From contig JALFKQ010000032.1 in assembly GCA_022774645.1 (NCBI GenBank), positions 94,253-158,252 on the forward strand: 64,000 nucleotides of DNA, read 5' to 3'. This stretch comes from Mycoplasmatota bacterium. Its GTDB lineage: Bacteria; Bacillota_I; Bacilli_A; RF39; UBA660. Below are positions 54,694 through 64,000 of the stretch, in pieces (position 1 is the first letter of the stretch; the number at the start of each line of letters is the position of its first letter). The notes under the pieces are model-generated. The model was given only the letters and a program-made list of their open reading frames with translations. It did not search any database and was not told the origin of the DNA. A program made the position numbers and the translations under genes.

Positions 54694-56118
54694 ATGAGAA
54701 AGAATAAAAAGAAGAGAAATATATATTGGTATTTTATATCTATGATTTTTGTATTTATATTTGTAGATATTTTATGTCAATCAATACCAAGTTTAATTGC
54801 TTATGGTATTAATTATAGTAAATATGGAAGTGAATTATTATTTGAAATATTATTTGCTTTTGTTATATTGATTGTTATGCTTTTATTTAAAAATTCTTAT
54901 GTTTTTACTGAGAAGAAAATGAAGTTTAAAGACTCTGTTTTACTTGGAATTCCAATGCTTGTTATTATTGGAATTAGTCTTTATGGAAATATAATGTCTT
55001 TAAGTGAATTTAATATATTTAATTTTATTAATTTATTATTATATTGTACTTTTATAGGTATTGCTGAAGAATTTTTATGTAGAGGTTGGCTTCAAAATGA
55101 ATTTATTGAAAGATTTGGAGATACTAAAAAGAATATTATTTTATCAATAATATTTTCAGCAACTATATTTGGATTTATGCATATAACTAATGTATTTGCT
55201 GGTCTAGGTTTATTTGAAACATTAATGCAAGTATTACAAGCAACATCTATTGGTGTACTTTTTGGTTCAATATATTATAGAAGTAAAAATATATGGTCTG
55301 TTGTATTCTTACATGGATTATATGATTTTTCACTTATGATAGGAGATATAAATTTAGTTAAAGACTGTACTGTTGGCACATTAACAACAGGTATTACAGT
55401 TTATACTATATTTGTATCTATGCTTATTACTTTATATTATATATTTAGTGCTTTATTAGTGCTTAGAACAACTGATTTAAAAGAAAAGAATAAAGAGATA
55501 AAAGATAATAAATTTGTTGTTATTGGTTTAATTACTACATTTATATTAATGATGCTTCCTTTTAATTTATTTGTAGAAGGATATGATGAATATCAAAAGT
55601 GTTATGATTATGAAACTAAATTAGTTAAGAGTTATGATTATGAAATACATTATCCAAATTATAATAGTTATGTTATTAAAAATGAAAGAACTTATGAGGG
55701 TATTGATGAAACTGAATTATTTGAATTTAGTTTTGTAAGAAATGATGATGTTATAACTGTTACTAATAGAAATACTAAGGATAGCATAAAATTAGAATAT
55801 AAGTACTTAAAAAATTTTATTGTTATTAAGAATGCTAAAACTTATTTATTAGTTTTATATACTAATGATGGTATATCTTCTAATGTATATTATAGTAATT
55901 TTATTAGTGATAATAATATGTCTAATGATAAGGGTTATTTAAATGAAATTAAAGACTCATTTAATGATTATTATGAATTACCATCTATTGCTAGTGCTGG
56001 ATATATAACTTTTAAGAATGATGATTATAAATATCCATATTTTTTAGGAAGTACTCCTAATGGATTTATGTTAGATATGAATAACAAATTATATATTTTA
56101 GAGAGTGATAGTAATTAA
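54694..56118 (+). CDS. CPBP (CAAX/Abi) intramembrane glutamic endopeptidase with about 190-aa C-terminal extra domain
   Basis: Motifs AEEFLCRGW, FGFMH and HGLYD. Confidence 0.75.
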   Translation: MRKNKKKRNIYWYFISMIFVFIFVDILCQSIPSLIAYGINYSKYGSELLFEILFAFVILIVMLLFKNSYVFTEKKMKFKDSVLLGIPMLVIIGISLYGNIMSLSEFNIFNFINLLLYCTFIGIAEEFLCRGWLQNEFIERFGDTKKNIILSIIFSATIFGFMHITNVFAGLGLFETLMQVLQATSIGVLFGSIYYRSKNIWSVVFLHGLYDFSLMIGDINLVKDCTVGTLTTGITVYTIFVSMLITLYYIFSALLVLRTTDLKEKNKEIKDNKFVVIGLITTFILMMLPFNLFVEGYDEYQKCYDYETKLVKSYDYEIHYPNYNSYVIKNERTYEGIDETELFEFSFVRNDDVITVTNRNTKDSIKLEYKYLKNFIVIKNAKTYLLVLYTNDGISSNVYYSNFISDNNMSNDKGYLNEIKDSFNDYYELPSIASAGYITFKNDDYKYPYFLGSTPNGFMLDMNNKLYILESDSN

Positions 56119-56144
56119 TCGCTCTCTTTATAATTGGAGGGTTT

Positions 56145-57398
56145 ATGGAAAAAATAAATTATAGTGCTTATGATTTAGTATGTAGTTTAGTGCTTGAAGA
56201 TAAAGATATTGATGAGATATCAAAAGAATTAAATCTAGAAAAAAGCTTTGTTATTACTTTACTTAAAAAGGCTAGAAATGATTATATTTTATCTTGTGAT
56301 CTTAAATTATACATGGTTGTTGGTAAAATTGATAAGCTTTTAAAGAGAAAAAAGAAAAGAAGGATTATTAATAATTTTGGTGGAAGAAAAGATATTATAT
56401 TTAATTTAATATGTGATGGTAAGAGTTGTATAGAAATATGTAATTTACTTGGTATTAGTGTTGAAGCTTATATTAATTTTTTAAAGTTTATGTATTATGA
56501 ATTATATTTATATGGTTTTGATAGTGAAAGAATATATTTATCTGTTGTTAGAAGAGCTTTAATTGAGGGTTATAAGGTATTAAAAAGTAATGTTTTATCT
56601 GATAAGAGAAAAGGTGAAGTTGATATTAGAACTTCTATTATGAGGCTTAGAGGTCTTAATGATGAGATTGTATTTACTGATTCTCCTGTGTCTGCTGTTT
56701 CTTCTATTGATTGTGGTAATACATTTAAATTTATAGTTATATCTGATTTACATATAGGTAGTAGATATGAAAATATGGGTTATGTATGTGATGTATATAA
56801 TGATGCAGTTAAGAATGGTATAAGTGATATATTTGTATCAGGGGATTTTGTTGAAGGATGTCATGCTAATTATAGTAGATGTTTTCCTAAATATTCTTCA
56901 ACTGTATCACAAGTAGAGCATGTTTTAAATGATTATCCATTTGATAAAAATATTAGTAATCATATATTACTTGGTAATCATGAAGCTTTTCCTATAATTG
57001 TTGAAGGTTATGATATGTTTGATGATATGCAAAGTAGAAAAGATTTTGATGTTATTGGATATAGAAGTGGTTATTATAAAATAAAAGATGAATATATATC
57101 TTTAAAGCATGAGATATCTAGGGTTATTAATGAAGTGATTGATAATGTTGTATTATTTAATTTTATAGGTCATAGTCATTTATATAAATGTACTTATGAT
57201 GGTAAGTATGTTACTTTTAGAGTTCCAACTTGTTCTGATTTGATTGGTCATGATTATGAAACTATTATTAATAAAGGATATTTATTATGTGAAGTTCATT
57301 TTAATAATATAGGCAAAGCAGATGAATTAAGTGTTATTTACAAAGATTTTGAAAATGAAAATGTAGAGATTAGTTTTGAAAGAAAACTTACAAAATAA
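56145..57398 (+). CDS. fusion of two HTH-like modules with a calcineurin-like metallophosphoesterase
   Basis: DIDEISKELNLEKSFVITLLKKA and SCIEICNLLGISVEAYINFL are HTH-like. The C-terminal part has SDLHIG, GDFVEG, GNHE and GHSH. Confidence 0.65.
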   Translation: MEKINYSAYDLVCSLVLEDKDIDEISKELNLEKSFVITLLKKARNDYILSCDLKLYMVVGKIDKLLKRKKKRRIINNFGGRKDIIFNLICDGKSCIEICNLLGISVEAYINFLKFMYYELYLYGFDSERIYLSVVRRALIEGYKVLKSNVLSDKRKGEVDIRTSIMRLRGLNDEIVFTDSPVSAVSSIDCGNTFKFIVISDLHIGSRYENMGYVCDVYNDAVKNGISDIFVSGDFVEGCHANYSRCFPKYSSTVSQVEHVLNDYPFDKNISNHILLGNHEAFPIIVEGYDMFDDMQSRKDFDVIGYRSGYYKIKDEYISLKHEISRVINEVIDNVVLFNFIGHSHLYKCTYDGKYVTFRVPTCSDLIGHDYETIINKGYLLCEVHFNNIGKADELSVIYKDFENENVEISFERKLTK

Positions 57399-57421
57399 AA
57401 AAAGACTTTAGAGTCTTTTTT
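57397..57421. terminator. bidirectional intrinsic terminator between convergent genes
   Basis: AAAGACT-ttag-AGTCTTT flanked by A-run and T-run. Confidence 0.7.
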
Positions 57422-59087
57422 AAATGCTTAAAATCATTGGTATGATAATAGGTCTTCTTCCAGTTAGTTCTATTACATATGAATTGATTTCTAATATTAT
57501 TCTATTTTTTAAGTCTGTTAGGTTGAAATTATCTTTTTCAAGTTCATTTAATGTTATTATTGTTGTTTTATCTTGTATCTTTTTAATTAAATCTTGATTA
57601 TCATTTACTACTACAAAACCTCTTGTTGTAATATTTGAATCTATTAACATTTTTTTATTTTGTAAGTCTAGGTTTAATATAACTATTAAGACTCCATCAG
57701 TAGACATTATTTTTCTATCTTTTATGATTGATACTCCAACATCACCAATTCTGCTTCCATCAACATATATATCATTAATAGGAATACTTCCTTTTCTATA
57801 TACTTCGTTATCTTTCATAGCAAGTATATCACCATTTTTGCAGATGAATGTATTTTCTCTTGGAATATCACATTCAACCCCTAAGTCAGTGTGTGAAGCA
57901 AGCATTCTATATTCGCCATGCATTGGCATAAAGTATTTTGGTCTAATAAGTCTTAATAATAATTTTAACTCTTCTTGTTTAGCATGTCCGCTTGTATGAA
58001 CATCATATTCACTAGTATTAGTATATACTTTAGCTCCTTTTAAATACAATTTATTAATTATTCTATTAATTGACATAGCATTTCCTGGAATAGGTGAACT
58101 TGAGAATATAACTGTATCATCTTTCATTAGTGTTATGTTTCTGTCATTTCCATTTGCAATTCTTGATAAGGCAGCAAGTGGTTCTCCTTGACTACCAGTA
58201 CATAGAAGGCAAACTTTTGATGGATCCATTTTATTTGCTTCATCACTACTTATAAATATATCTCTATCTTTAATATATCCACATTCTTTAGCTATTTCTA
58301 TACTTGTGTTCATACTTCTTCCGAACACTACTATTTTTCTATTATTTTCTTTACAAGTTTCAACTATATGAGTAAGTCTATATATATTACTTGCAAATGT
58401 TGCTAATATTATTCTTGATGTAGTGTTCTCTGCAAATATTTCTCCAAGAGCTTCATCAACAACTGATTCACTTGCTGAGAATCCTGGTACTAATGCATTT
58501 GTTGAATCACTTAGAAGTAGTGTAACACCTTCGTTTCCAATAGCTGCCATTTTACCCATATTAGCTACTGGTCCAATAGGTGTTAAATCAAATTTAAAAT
58601 CTCCTGTTTCAACAATTGTTCCATTTGGTGTTTTAATGGCCATACCAAATGAATCTGGTATTGAGTGAGTAGTAGTGAAGAATTCTATATTAAAATATTT
58701 TGTTTTGATATGTAAATCTTCATTTACTGGTATCATTTTAGGCATTTTAACATTTCTTTCTTCTAATTTATTTTTTATTAATTTACCAGCTATATTTGGT
58801 GTATATATTACAGGTATTTCAATATTTTGTAGTAAGAAAGGTATACCACCAATATGATCTTCATGACCATGTGTGATAATTAATCCTTTTATTTTATCTT
58901 GCATTGTTTTTAGAACATTATAATCTGCTAAAACATAATCTATTCCCATTAAATCATCTTCTGGAAACATTACTCCACAATCTATTATAAATAATTCTTC
59001 TTCATGCATTACTACATACATATTTTTACCAATTTCGCCAAGACCACCTAAGGCGCATATTAAAGTTTCTTTATTTTTACTATTCAT
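57420..59087 (-). CDS. rnj: ribonuclease J
   Basis: Beta-CASP MBL protein: LGGLGEIGKNMYV, THGHEDHIGG and the 555-aa length typical of RNase J1/J2. Confidence 0.92.
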   Translation of the reverse strand: MNSKNKETLICALGGLGEIGKNMYVVMHEEELFIIDCGVMFPEDDLMGIDYVLADYNVLKTMQDKIKGLIITHGHEDHIGGIPFLLQNIEIPVIYTPNIAGKLIKNKLEERNVKMPKMIPVNEDLHIKTKYFNIEFFTTTHSIPDSFGMAIKTPNGTIVETGDFKFDLTPIGPVANMGKMAAIGNEGVTLLLSDSTNALVPGFSASESVVDEALGEIFAENTTSRIILATFASNIYRLTHIVETCKENNRKIVVFGRSMNTSIEIAKECGYIKDRDIFISSDEANKMDPSKVCLLCTGSQGEPLAALSRIANGNDRNITLMKDDTVIFSSSPIPGNAMSINRIINKLYLKGAKVYTNTSEYDVHTSGHAKQEELKLLLRLIRPKYFMPMHGEYRMLASHTDLGVECDIPRENTFICKNGDILAMKDNEVYRKGSIPINDIYVDGSRIGDVGVSIIKDRKIMSTDGVLIVILNLDLQNKKMLIDSNITTRGFVVVNDNQDLIKKIQDKTTIITLNELEKDNFNLTDLKNRIILEINSYVIELTGRRPIIIPMILSI

Positions 59088-59217
59088 TATTAATCATCCC
59101 TTCAAAAAAGTTAACTCGTGTTATTAATTATATCAAATTTTATTATTTTTGTCTAGCAATCTGTTTTTTCTCGTAAATATCGAATAAATATAGTATAATA
59201 TCAGGTAGGTGATATAA

Positions 59218-60246
59218 ATGGGATTTTTCAGTAAAATTAAAAATATTTTTAATAAAGAAGTAGAGGAAGATAAAAAAGAAATTAATGTTGAAAATAATGT
59301 TAATGAAGAACAAAAAGAAGAAGTTAAAGAAATAGAAAAATATGTAGAAGGATTATCTAAAAGTCGAGATAATTTTGTTAATAAGTTATCTTTACTTGGT
59401 ATTAAGTATACTAAAATAAGTAATGAGTTTTATGATGAACTTGAAGAAATATTAATTACTGCTGATATTGGTGTTAATACTGTAATGAATTTTGTTGATA
59501 GACTTAAAGATAGAGTTAAACATGAAAACATTACTGATTTTGAATATTTAAAAGAAGTAATTGTTGATGAGCTTTTTATGATTTATGTTGGCAATGATTT
59601 ACTTAGTTCTAAATTAAATATTAAAGATGGTGAAACTAATGTTGTTTTATTTGTTGGTGTTAATGGTGTAGGTAAAACTACTAGTATTGCTAAACTTGCT
59701 AATAAATATAAAAATGAAGGTAAGAAAGTTATGTTAGTAGCTGGTGATACTTTTAGAGCAGGTGCTGTTAATCAATTAAAAGAATGGGCAGACAAACTTA
59801 ATGTTTCGTTTTATGGGGATGATAGAAAAGATCCATCTGCTGTTATTTATGATGGAGTTAAGCAAGCTAAAGATGAAAAATATGATTTAGTTTTAGTTGA
59901 TACTGCTGGTAGACTTCAAAACAAAGCTAATTTAATGAAAGAACTTGAAAAAATGAATAGAGTTATTGGTGAAATATTGCCAGGAAATCCAGTTGAAACT
60001 TTACTTGTTATTGATGCAACTACTGGCCAAAATGGAATAACACAAGCAAAGAGTTTTAAAGAAATAACTAATATTACAGGTATTGTTCTTACTAAATTAG
60101 ATGGTACAGCAAAAGGTGGTATAGTACTTGCTATAAAAGAACTTGTGGATATTCCAGTTAAATTTGTTGGATTAGGTGAAAAAGAAACTGATCTAATACC
60201 ATTTGATATAGAAAAATATATTTATGGTTTATTTAAGGAGTTCTAA
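59218..60246 (+). CDS. ftsY: signal recognition particle receptor FtsY
   Basis: GVNGVGKTTSIAKLA, DTAGRLQNK and TKLDGTAKGG. Confidence 0.95.
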   Translation: MGFFSKIKNIFNKEVEEDKKEINVENNVNEEQKEEVKEIEKYVEGLSKSRDNFVNKLSLLGIKYTKISNEFYDELEEILITADIGVNTVMNFVDRLKDRVKHENITDFEYLKEVIVDELFMIYVGNDLLSSKLNIKDGETNVVLFVGVNGVGKTTSIAKLANKYKNEGKKVMLVAGDTFRAGAVNQLKEWADKLNVSFYGDDRKDPSAVIYDGVKQAKDEKYDLVLVDTAGRLQNKANLMKELEKMNRVIGEILPGNPVETLLVIDATTGQNGITQAKSFKEITNITGIVLTKLDGTAKGGIVLAIKELVDIPVKFVGLGEKETDLIPFDIEKYIYGLFKEF

Positions 60247-60539
60247 TGGATAATAGAGAATATATAACAACTTTATATGAAATATATAAAGAATTATTAA
60301 ATGAAAAAGAAAGAAACTATTTTGAATATTATTATTTTGAAGATTATTCTATGCAGGAAATAGCTGATTTATATTCGGTAAGTAAAGCTTATGCTTCTAA
60401 ATTATTAAATAAAATAAATGATAAGATTATTAATTATGAAAAGATATTAAAGATTAATGATAGAAATTCTAAAATAATTAATTTACTTAATAATATTAAT
60501 GATGAAGATTTAAAAAGTAAAATTGAAGAATTATTATAG
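60246..60539 (+). CDS. ylxM: YlxM/UPF0122 small HTH protein
   Basis: YYYFEDYSMQEIADLYSVSKAYASKLL. It follows ftsY with an ATG/TAA overlap, as in Bacillus. Confidence 0.85.
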   Translation: MDNREYITTLYEIYKELLNEKERNYFEYYYFEDYSMQEIADLYSVSKAYASKLLNKINDKIINYEKILKINDRNSKIINLLNNINDEDLKSKIEELL

Positions 60540-60587
60540 AAAAATTATTTATATTAATATATAATTATTATAGAAAAAGGTGATAAT

Positions 60588-61010
60588 ATGAAGAAAAATG
60601 GATGGGGACTTAGAGTTGAACTTGTAATTATATTATTGTTTCTTATATGTTTAGCTATTGCTTGTATTGGACTTAATAGATTTGGTTTATTAGGTGAAAA
60701 TGATAATCCGCTTATAAAAGAACCTACTACTGAAGATAATACTGTTTATTATACTGGACTTGAAGATAAACTTAGAGTTGCTACAAGGGAGTATTATGAT
60801 GCTAAATATGATGATAATACAGAAGATATGGTTATTATTAAATTATCAACACTATATAATGGTGGTTATATTTCTAAACTTTATAGTAAAAGTAATGTAG
60901 AATGTAGTGGATATTCTAAAGTAATTAATAATGGAGATTCTTCAACAATAGTTCCATATATTAGATGTCTTGGTTATACTACATCTGGTTATGAAAGAAG
61001 TAATGAATAA
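60588..61010 (+). CDS. small membrane-anchored protein
   Basis: One N-terminal TM. No family recognised. Confidence 0.5.
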   Translation: MKKNGWGLRVELVIILLFLICLAIACIGLNRFGLLGENDNPLIKEPTTEDNTVYYTGLEDKLRVATREYYDAKYDDNTEDMVIIKLSTLYNGGYISKLYSKSNVECSGYSKVINNGDSSTIVPYIRCLGYTTSGYERSNE

Positions 61011-61357
61011 TGAATAAAACTATCATGGCTATATGGGGTTCAATTGTTGCACTAATATGCATTTTTCTTATTTTTCTTGCTAAAAAAGATGAAGATAAAG
61101 TATATAAAAATATTGAAAAAGATATTATTGTAGCTACTAAATCTTATATAGATGATAAAGAGTTAATGCCTAAAATTGGTTATTCTGTTGTGGTTAATGT
61201 TGATGAATTAGTTCTTAATAATTATATTCAATATACTGATACAATAGATAAATATTGTTTAAATAATGTAGTTGTGTCAAGAGGGGTAATTGATTCTCAA
61301 TATGAAGTAAAAACAGATTGTGAATATAATGTTCATGATAATGTATATAGTGAATAA
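61010..61357 (+). CDS. small membrane-anchored protein
   Basis: One N-terminal TM. ATGA overlap with the upstream gene. Confidence 0.5.
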   Translation: MNKTIMAIWGSIVALICIFLIFLAKKDEDKVYKNIEKDIIVATKSYIDDKELMPKIGYSVVVNVDELVLNNYIQYTDTIDKYCLNNVVVSRGVIDSQYEVKTDCEYNVHDNVYSE

Positions 61358-61435
61358 ACTTATATCTTATGATATAGGTTTTTATTGTAAAAAAGTATAT
61401 AAAATTATATAATTAAATCATAGGAGGAAGTGTGT

Positions 61436-62020
61436 ATGGGAAAAGTAAAAATTAATAATAATTTAGCTGCTTTAATGTTAGTTGCATCTATTTTTGCAGG
61501 ATGGGGAACATTAATGATTGTAACTATTTTAATGATTATTTTTTGTGATTTAAATGATAAAATTAAACCATTAATTATAAAAGTAGTTTCATTTATGGCT
61601 GGTATTACATTAATACTTTTAGGATGGGATTTAGTATCTAATGGTATTGATTTAATATTTAAATTATTTAATAATATTATTTCTATTATTAATTCATATT
61701 TATCTTATAGTAATAAAATTGATTTAGTAGAATTTCAAGGTAAATTCGTAGTTCCAGTAACAACGGTAGTTGCTTCTATCGGTTCAATTATTAAATACTT
61801 AGTTACATTCTCTAAATTCGGATTTATTATTGCTATTATAAGTGGTAAGGCTATGAAAGAAAATGCTTGGACTAAAAAAGTTAATCAATATGTTTCTAAG
61901 TTTACAAATTTCGCAAATTCTTTTGATGAAAGTGTAAATGTAAATGCAAATAAAGTTGAAAATGTTTCTGCTGTTAATAATATAGAAAATAATATTAATC
62001 AAAACAATAGTATTATGTAG
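61436..62020 (+). CDS. multi-TM hypothetical membrane protein
   Basis: ATG 61436 follows AGGAGGA. About four TM helices. Confidence 0.5.
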   Translation: MGKVKINNNLAALMLVASIFAGWGTLMIVTILMIIFCDLNDKIKPLIIKVVSFMAGITLILLGWDLVSNGIDLIFKLFNNIISIINSYLSYSNKIDLVEFQGKFVVPVTTVVASIGSIIKYLVTFSKFGFIIAIISGKAMKENAWTKKVNQYVSKFTNFANSFDESVNVNANKVENVSAVNNIENNINQNNSIM

Positions 62021-62028
62021 GAGGTTTT

Positions 62029-62814
62029 ATGAATTATTTATTTTTGATCATTGTATTTATAGTTGTAATTATTTTACTTAGAAGTATTGTACAAATTGAT
62101 GAATATGAAAGAGGAGTTAAGTTTTCAAGAGGAAAGTTTAGTAAAATAATGGATCCTGGTTGGAATATAGTTTTACCTATATTTGAATCTTATAAGAAAA
62201 TTGATATAAGAACTAAAGCAGTAGATGTTCCTGAACAAGATGCTATTACTAAAGATAATGTATCTGTTAGAATAAATGCTGTTATCTATTATAAAATTTT
62301 TGATGCTTCAAAAGCTATTCTTGAAGTTGAAAATTTCTATTATGCAGTTAGTCAACTTGCTCAAACTACTATGAGAAATGTAGTAGGTAGTGTATCTTTA
62401 AACGAATTACTTGGTGAACGTGAAAAGATTTCTGTTGAAATATGTAAGATTATTGATGAAGCTACAGATCCATGGGGAATAAAGGTTGAAAATGTTGAAC
62501 TTAAAGATGTAAGTTTACCAGAAGAAATGAAGAGAGTAATTGCTAAGGCTGCAGAAGCTGAAAGAGAAAAGGAAGCAATTTTAACAAAAGCAAAAGGTGA
62601 AGTTGAAGCTTCTAAGAATTTAGCTATTGCTGCTGAAACTATGTCTAGTACACCAGGAGCTATGCATCTAAGAACATTATCAACTATTAATGATATAAGT
62701 AGTGATCAATCAAATACAATTATATTCTGTTTACCAATTGAAGTATTAGAAGCTATAAAAGGTAAAAGTATTAATGAAGATGTAATTAAAAAAATAACTA
62801 AAAAAGATAATTAA
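62029..62814 (+). CDS. SPFH/band-7 (stomatin-like) membrane protein
   Basis: N-terminal TM, then EYERGVKFSRGKF...TKDNVSVRINAVIYY...LPEEMKRVIAKAAEAEREKEA. Confidence 0.85.
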   Translation: MNYLFLIIVFIVVIILLRSIVQIDEYERGVKFSRGKFSKIMDPGWNIVLPIFESYKKIDIRTKAVDVPEQDAITKDNVSVRINAVIYYKIFDASKAILEVENFYYAVSQLAQTTMRNVVGSVSLNELLGEREKISVEICKIIDEATDPWGIKVENVELKDVSLPEEMKRVIAKAAEAEREKEAILTKAKGEVEASKNLAIAAETMSSTPGAMHLRTLSTINDISSDQSNTIIFCLPIEVLEAIKGKSINEDVIKKITKKDN

Positions 62815-62865
62815 AATATTAATATTAAAAGATTTGATTCATATAATTTATTGGTGAAATAATGT

Positions 62866-64000
62866 ATGAAAAAAATCTTTTTATTTTGTTTTATGTTTAT
62901 GTTTTTGTTATTTAATATTAGAGCAACTGATATTGGTCTTGCTAAAAATAGTGAAACAGCAATATTAATTGAGGCAAGTACTGGAAAAATATTATTTGAA
63001 AAAGAGAAAGATAAAAAAATGGTACCAGCATCTATGACTAAGATAATGACGATGTTACTTGCAATGGAAGCTATTGAAAATGGTAAAATTAATTTAGAAG
63101 ATGAAGTTTTAATATCTAAAAGAGCTCAAAGTATGGGTGGAACACAAATATATGTTGAAGCTGGGAGTAATGTTAAAGTTATTGATTTATTAAAAGGAAT
63201 AGGTATTGCTTCTGCTAATGATGCTGCTGTTGCAATTGCTGAAAAGATAGGTGGTACAGTAGAAAATTTCGTTAATATGATGAATGAAAGAGCAAGAGTA
63301 TTAGGTTGTAAAAATACTACTTTTAAAAATCCTCATGGACTTGATGAAGAGGGTCATTTAACAACTGCTTATGATATGGCTCTTATGGCAAGAGAACTTG
63401 TTAAGCATGAACTGGCTGTTAAAATATCAAGTACATTTGAGGAATATATAACGGTTTCTGGTGAAAATCATTGGCTTGTTAATACAAATAAACTTGTTAA
63501 GTTTTATAAAGGCATAGATGGCCTTAAAACAGGTTATACTGATAAAGCAGGTTATTGTTTAACTGCAACTATGAATAAAAATAACATGAGACTTATAAGT
63601 GTTGTTATGAAAAGTAATTCAAAAGATAATAGAAATAGTGATACAATAGGTATGATGGAATATGGATATAGTATGTATGGTAGTGAAACTATATTGAATA
63701 AGAAAGATTATTCTGGAATAATAAATATAAAAGGTAGTGAAAATAGAAATTATAAATATTATTTAGAGAATGATATAAAAATTATTGTTGATAAAGATAG
63801 AAAAGATATAAAATATACTACTGAAGTAAAACTTAATGATGTAAAAGCACCTATAGAAAAAGGAAGTAAAGTAGGAGAGCTAATATTAAAATATGATAAT
63901 AATACTTATACTTATGATTTAGTAATTCACGATGAAGTAAAGAAAGCAACATTTTTAAAGATATTTTTTAGTAATTTAAAAGATGTTGTTACAGGACATC
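62866..64000 (+). CDS. D-alanyl-D-alanine carboxypeptidase (PBP5/DacA/DacF, S11), 3' end beyond window
   Basis: Absent from the track because there is no stop in the window. My reading is MKKIFLFCFMFMFLLFNIRA..., with the motifs PASMTKIMT (SxxK), IASANDAA (SxN) and LKTGYT (KTG). Confidence 0.88.
   Translation, partial: MKKIFLFCFMFMFLLFNIRATDIGLAKNSETAILIEASTGKILFEKEKDKKMVPASMTKIMTMLLAMEAIENGKINLEDEVLISKRAQSMGGTQIYVEAGSNVKVIDLLKGIGIASANDAAVAIAEKIGGTVENFVNMMNERARVLGCKNTTFKNPHGLDEEGHLTTAYDMALMARELVKHELAVKISSTFEEYITVSGENHWLVNTNKLVKFYKGIDGLKTGYTDKAGYCLTATMNKNNMRLISVVMKSNSKDNRNSDTIGMMEYGYSMYGSETILNKKDYSGIINIKGSENRNYKYYLENDIKIIVDKDRKDIKYTTEVKLNDVKAPIEKGSKVGELILKYDNNTYTYDLVIHDEVKKATFLKIFFSNLKDVVTGH

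Noticed and set aside
60588-60680. Type IV prepilin signal in MKKNGWGLRVELVII
   Set aside because: The conserved Glu would be at +6 or +4 relative to either Gly, rather than +5. There is no Phe or Met at +1, and no pilus or competence genes are nearby.
1-64000. Mobile elements, prophage, CRISPR-Cas, restriction-modification or a known defence system
   Set aside because: No transposase, integrase, recombinase, terminal inverted repeats, phage structural genes, cas genes, methyltransferase or nuclease-helicase defence signatures were recognisable in any frame.

Overview
This is a 64 kb chromosomal segment from a very AT-rich, spore-forming Bacillota genome (by eye well under 35% G+C). It uses the standard genetic code, with TGA as a stop. 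I saw no transposase, integrase, CRISPR array or rRNA.

Local gene order resembles Bacilli/Erysipelotrichia: gpsB-rnpB, rodZ-pgsA-recA, priA-fmt and ftsY-ylxM.

Content from left to right:
- A minus-strand pair: a dockerin-bearing SH3b/GH73-like peptidoglycan hydrolase followed by a cohesin-like secreted protein.
- A complete glycerol-phosphate wall-teichoic-acid locus: tagO, gpsA, three TagB/F-type genes (one a 1088-aa triple-domain fusion), tagD, tagG and tagH.
- rpsP-khpA.
- A gerK-type (A-C-B order) germinant-receptor operon.
- An M48 protease.
- A 30-codon leader ORF plus intrinsic terminator in front of an ABC exporter.
- A surface protein with a TasA-type signal and leucine-rich repeats.
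- cotE and two lipoproteins.
- The most unusual locus (26.7-32.6 kb). It is a tightly coupled operon with a near-consensus sigma-A promoter and a clean terminator. It encodes a J-domain protein, two paralogous proteins built from 19 and 11 tandem 26-residue repeats with mTERF-like flanks, and a 90-aa acidic protein.
- A membrane-tethered XRE regulator and a cytoplasmic transglutaminase-like protein.
- Housekeeping genes: uvrB, miaB, priA, fmt, gpsB, RNase P RNA, rodZ-like, pgsA, recA, cysS, yvcK, tRNA-Ala(UGC), RNase J, ftsY, ylxM, an SPFH protein and a partial D-Ala-D-Ala carboxypeptidase.

Other notable observations:
- A CAAAC-N4-GTTTG palindrome recurs at the recA and uvrB promoters, and in near-identical form at the priA-operon promoter.
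- A VanY/LdcB-like protein has all of its metal and catalytic residues substituted.

All functional calls rest on motif recognition in the supplied translations. No database search was run.
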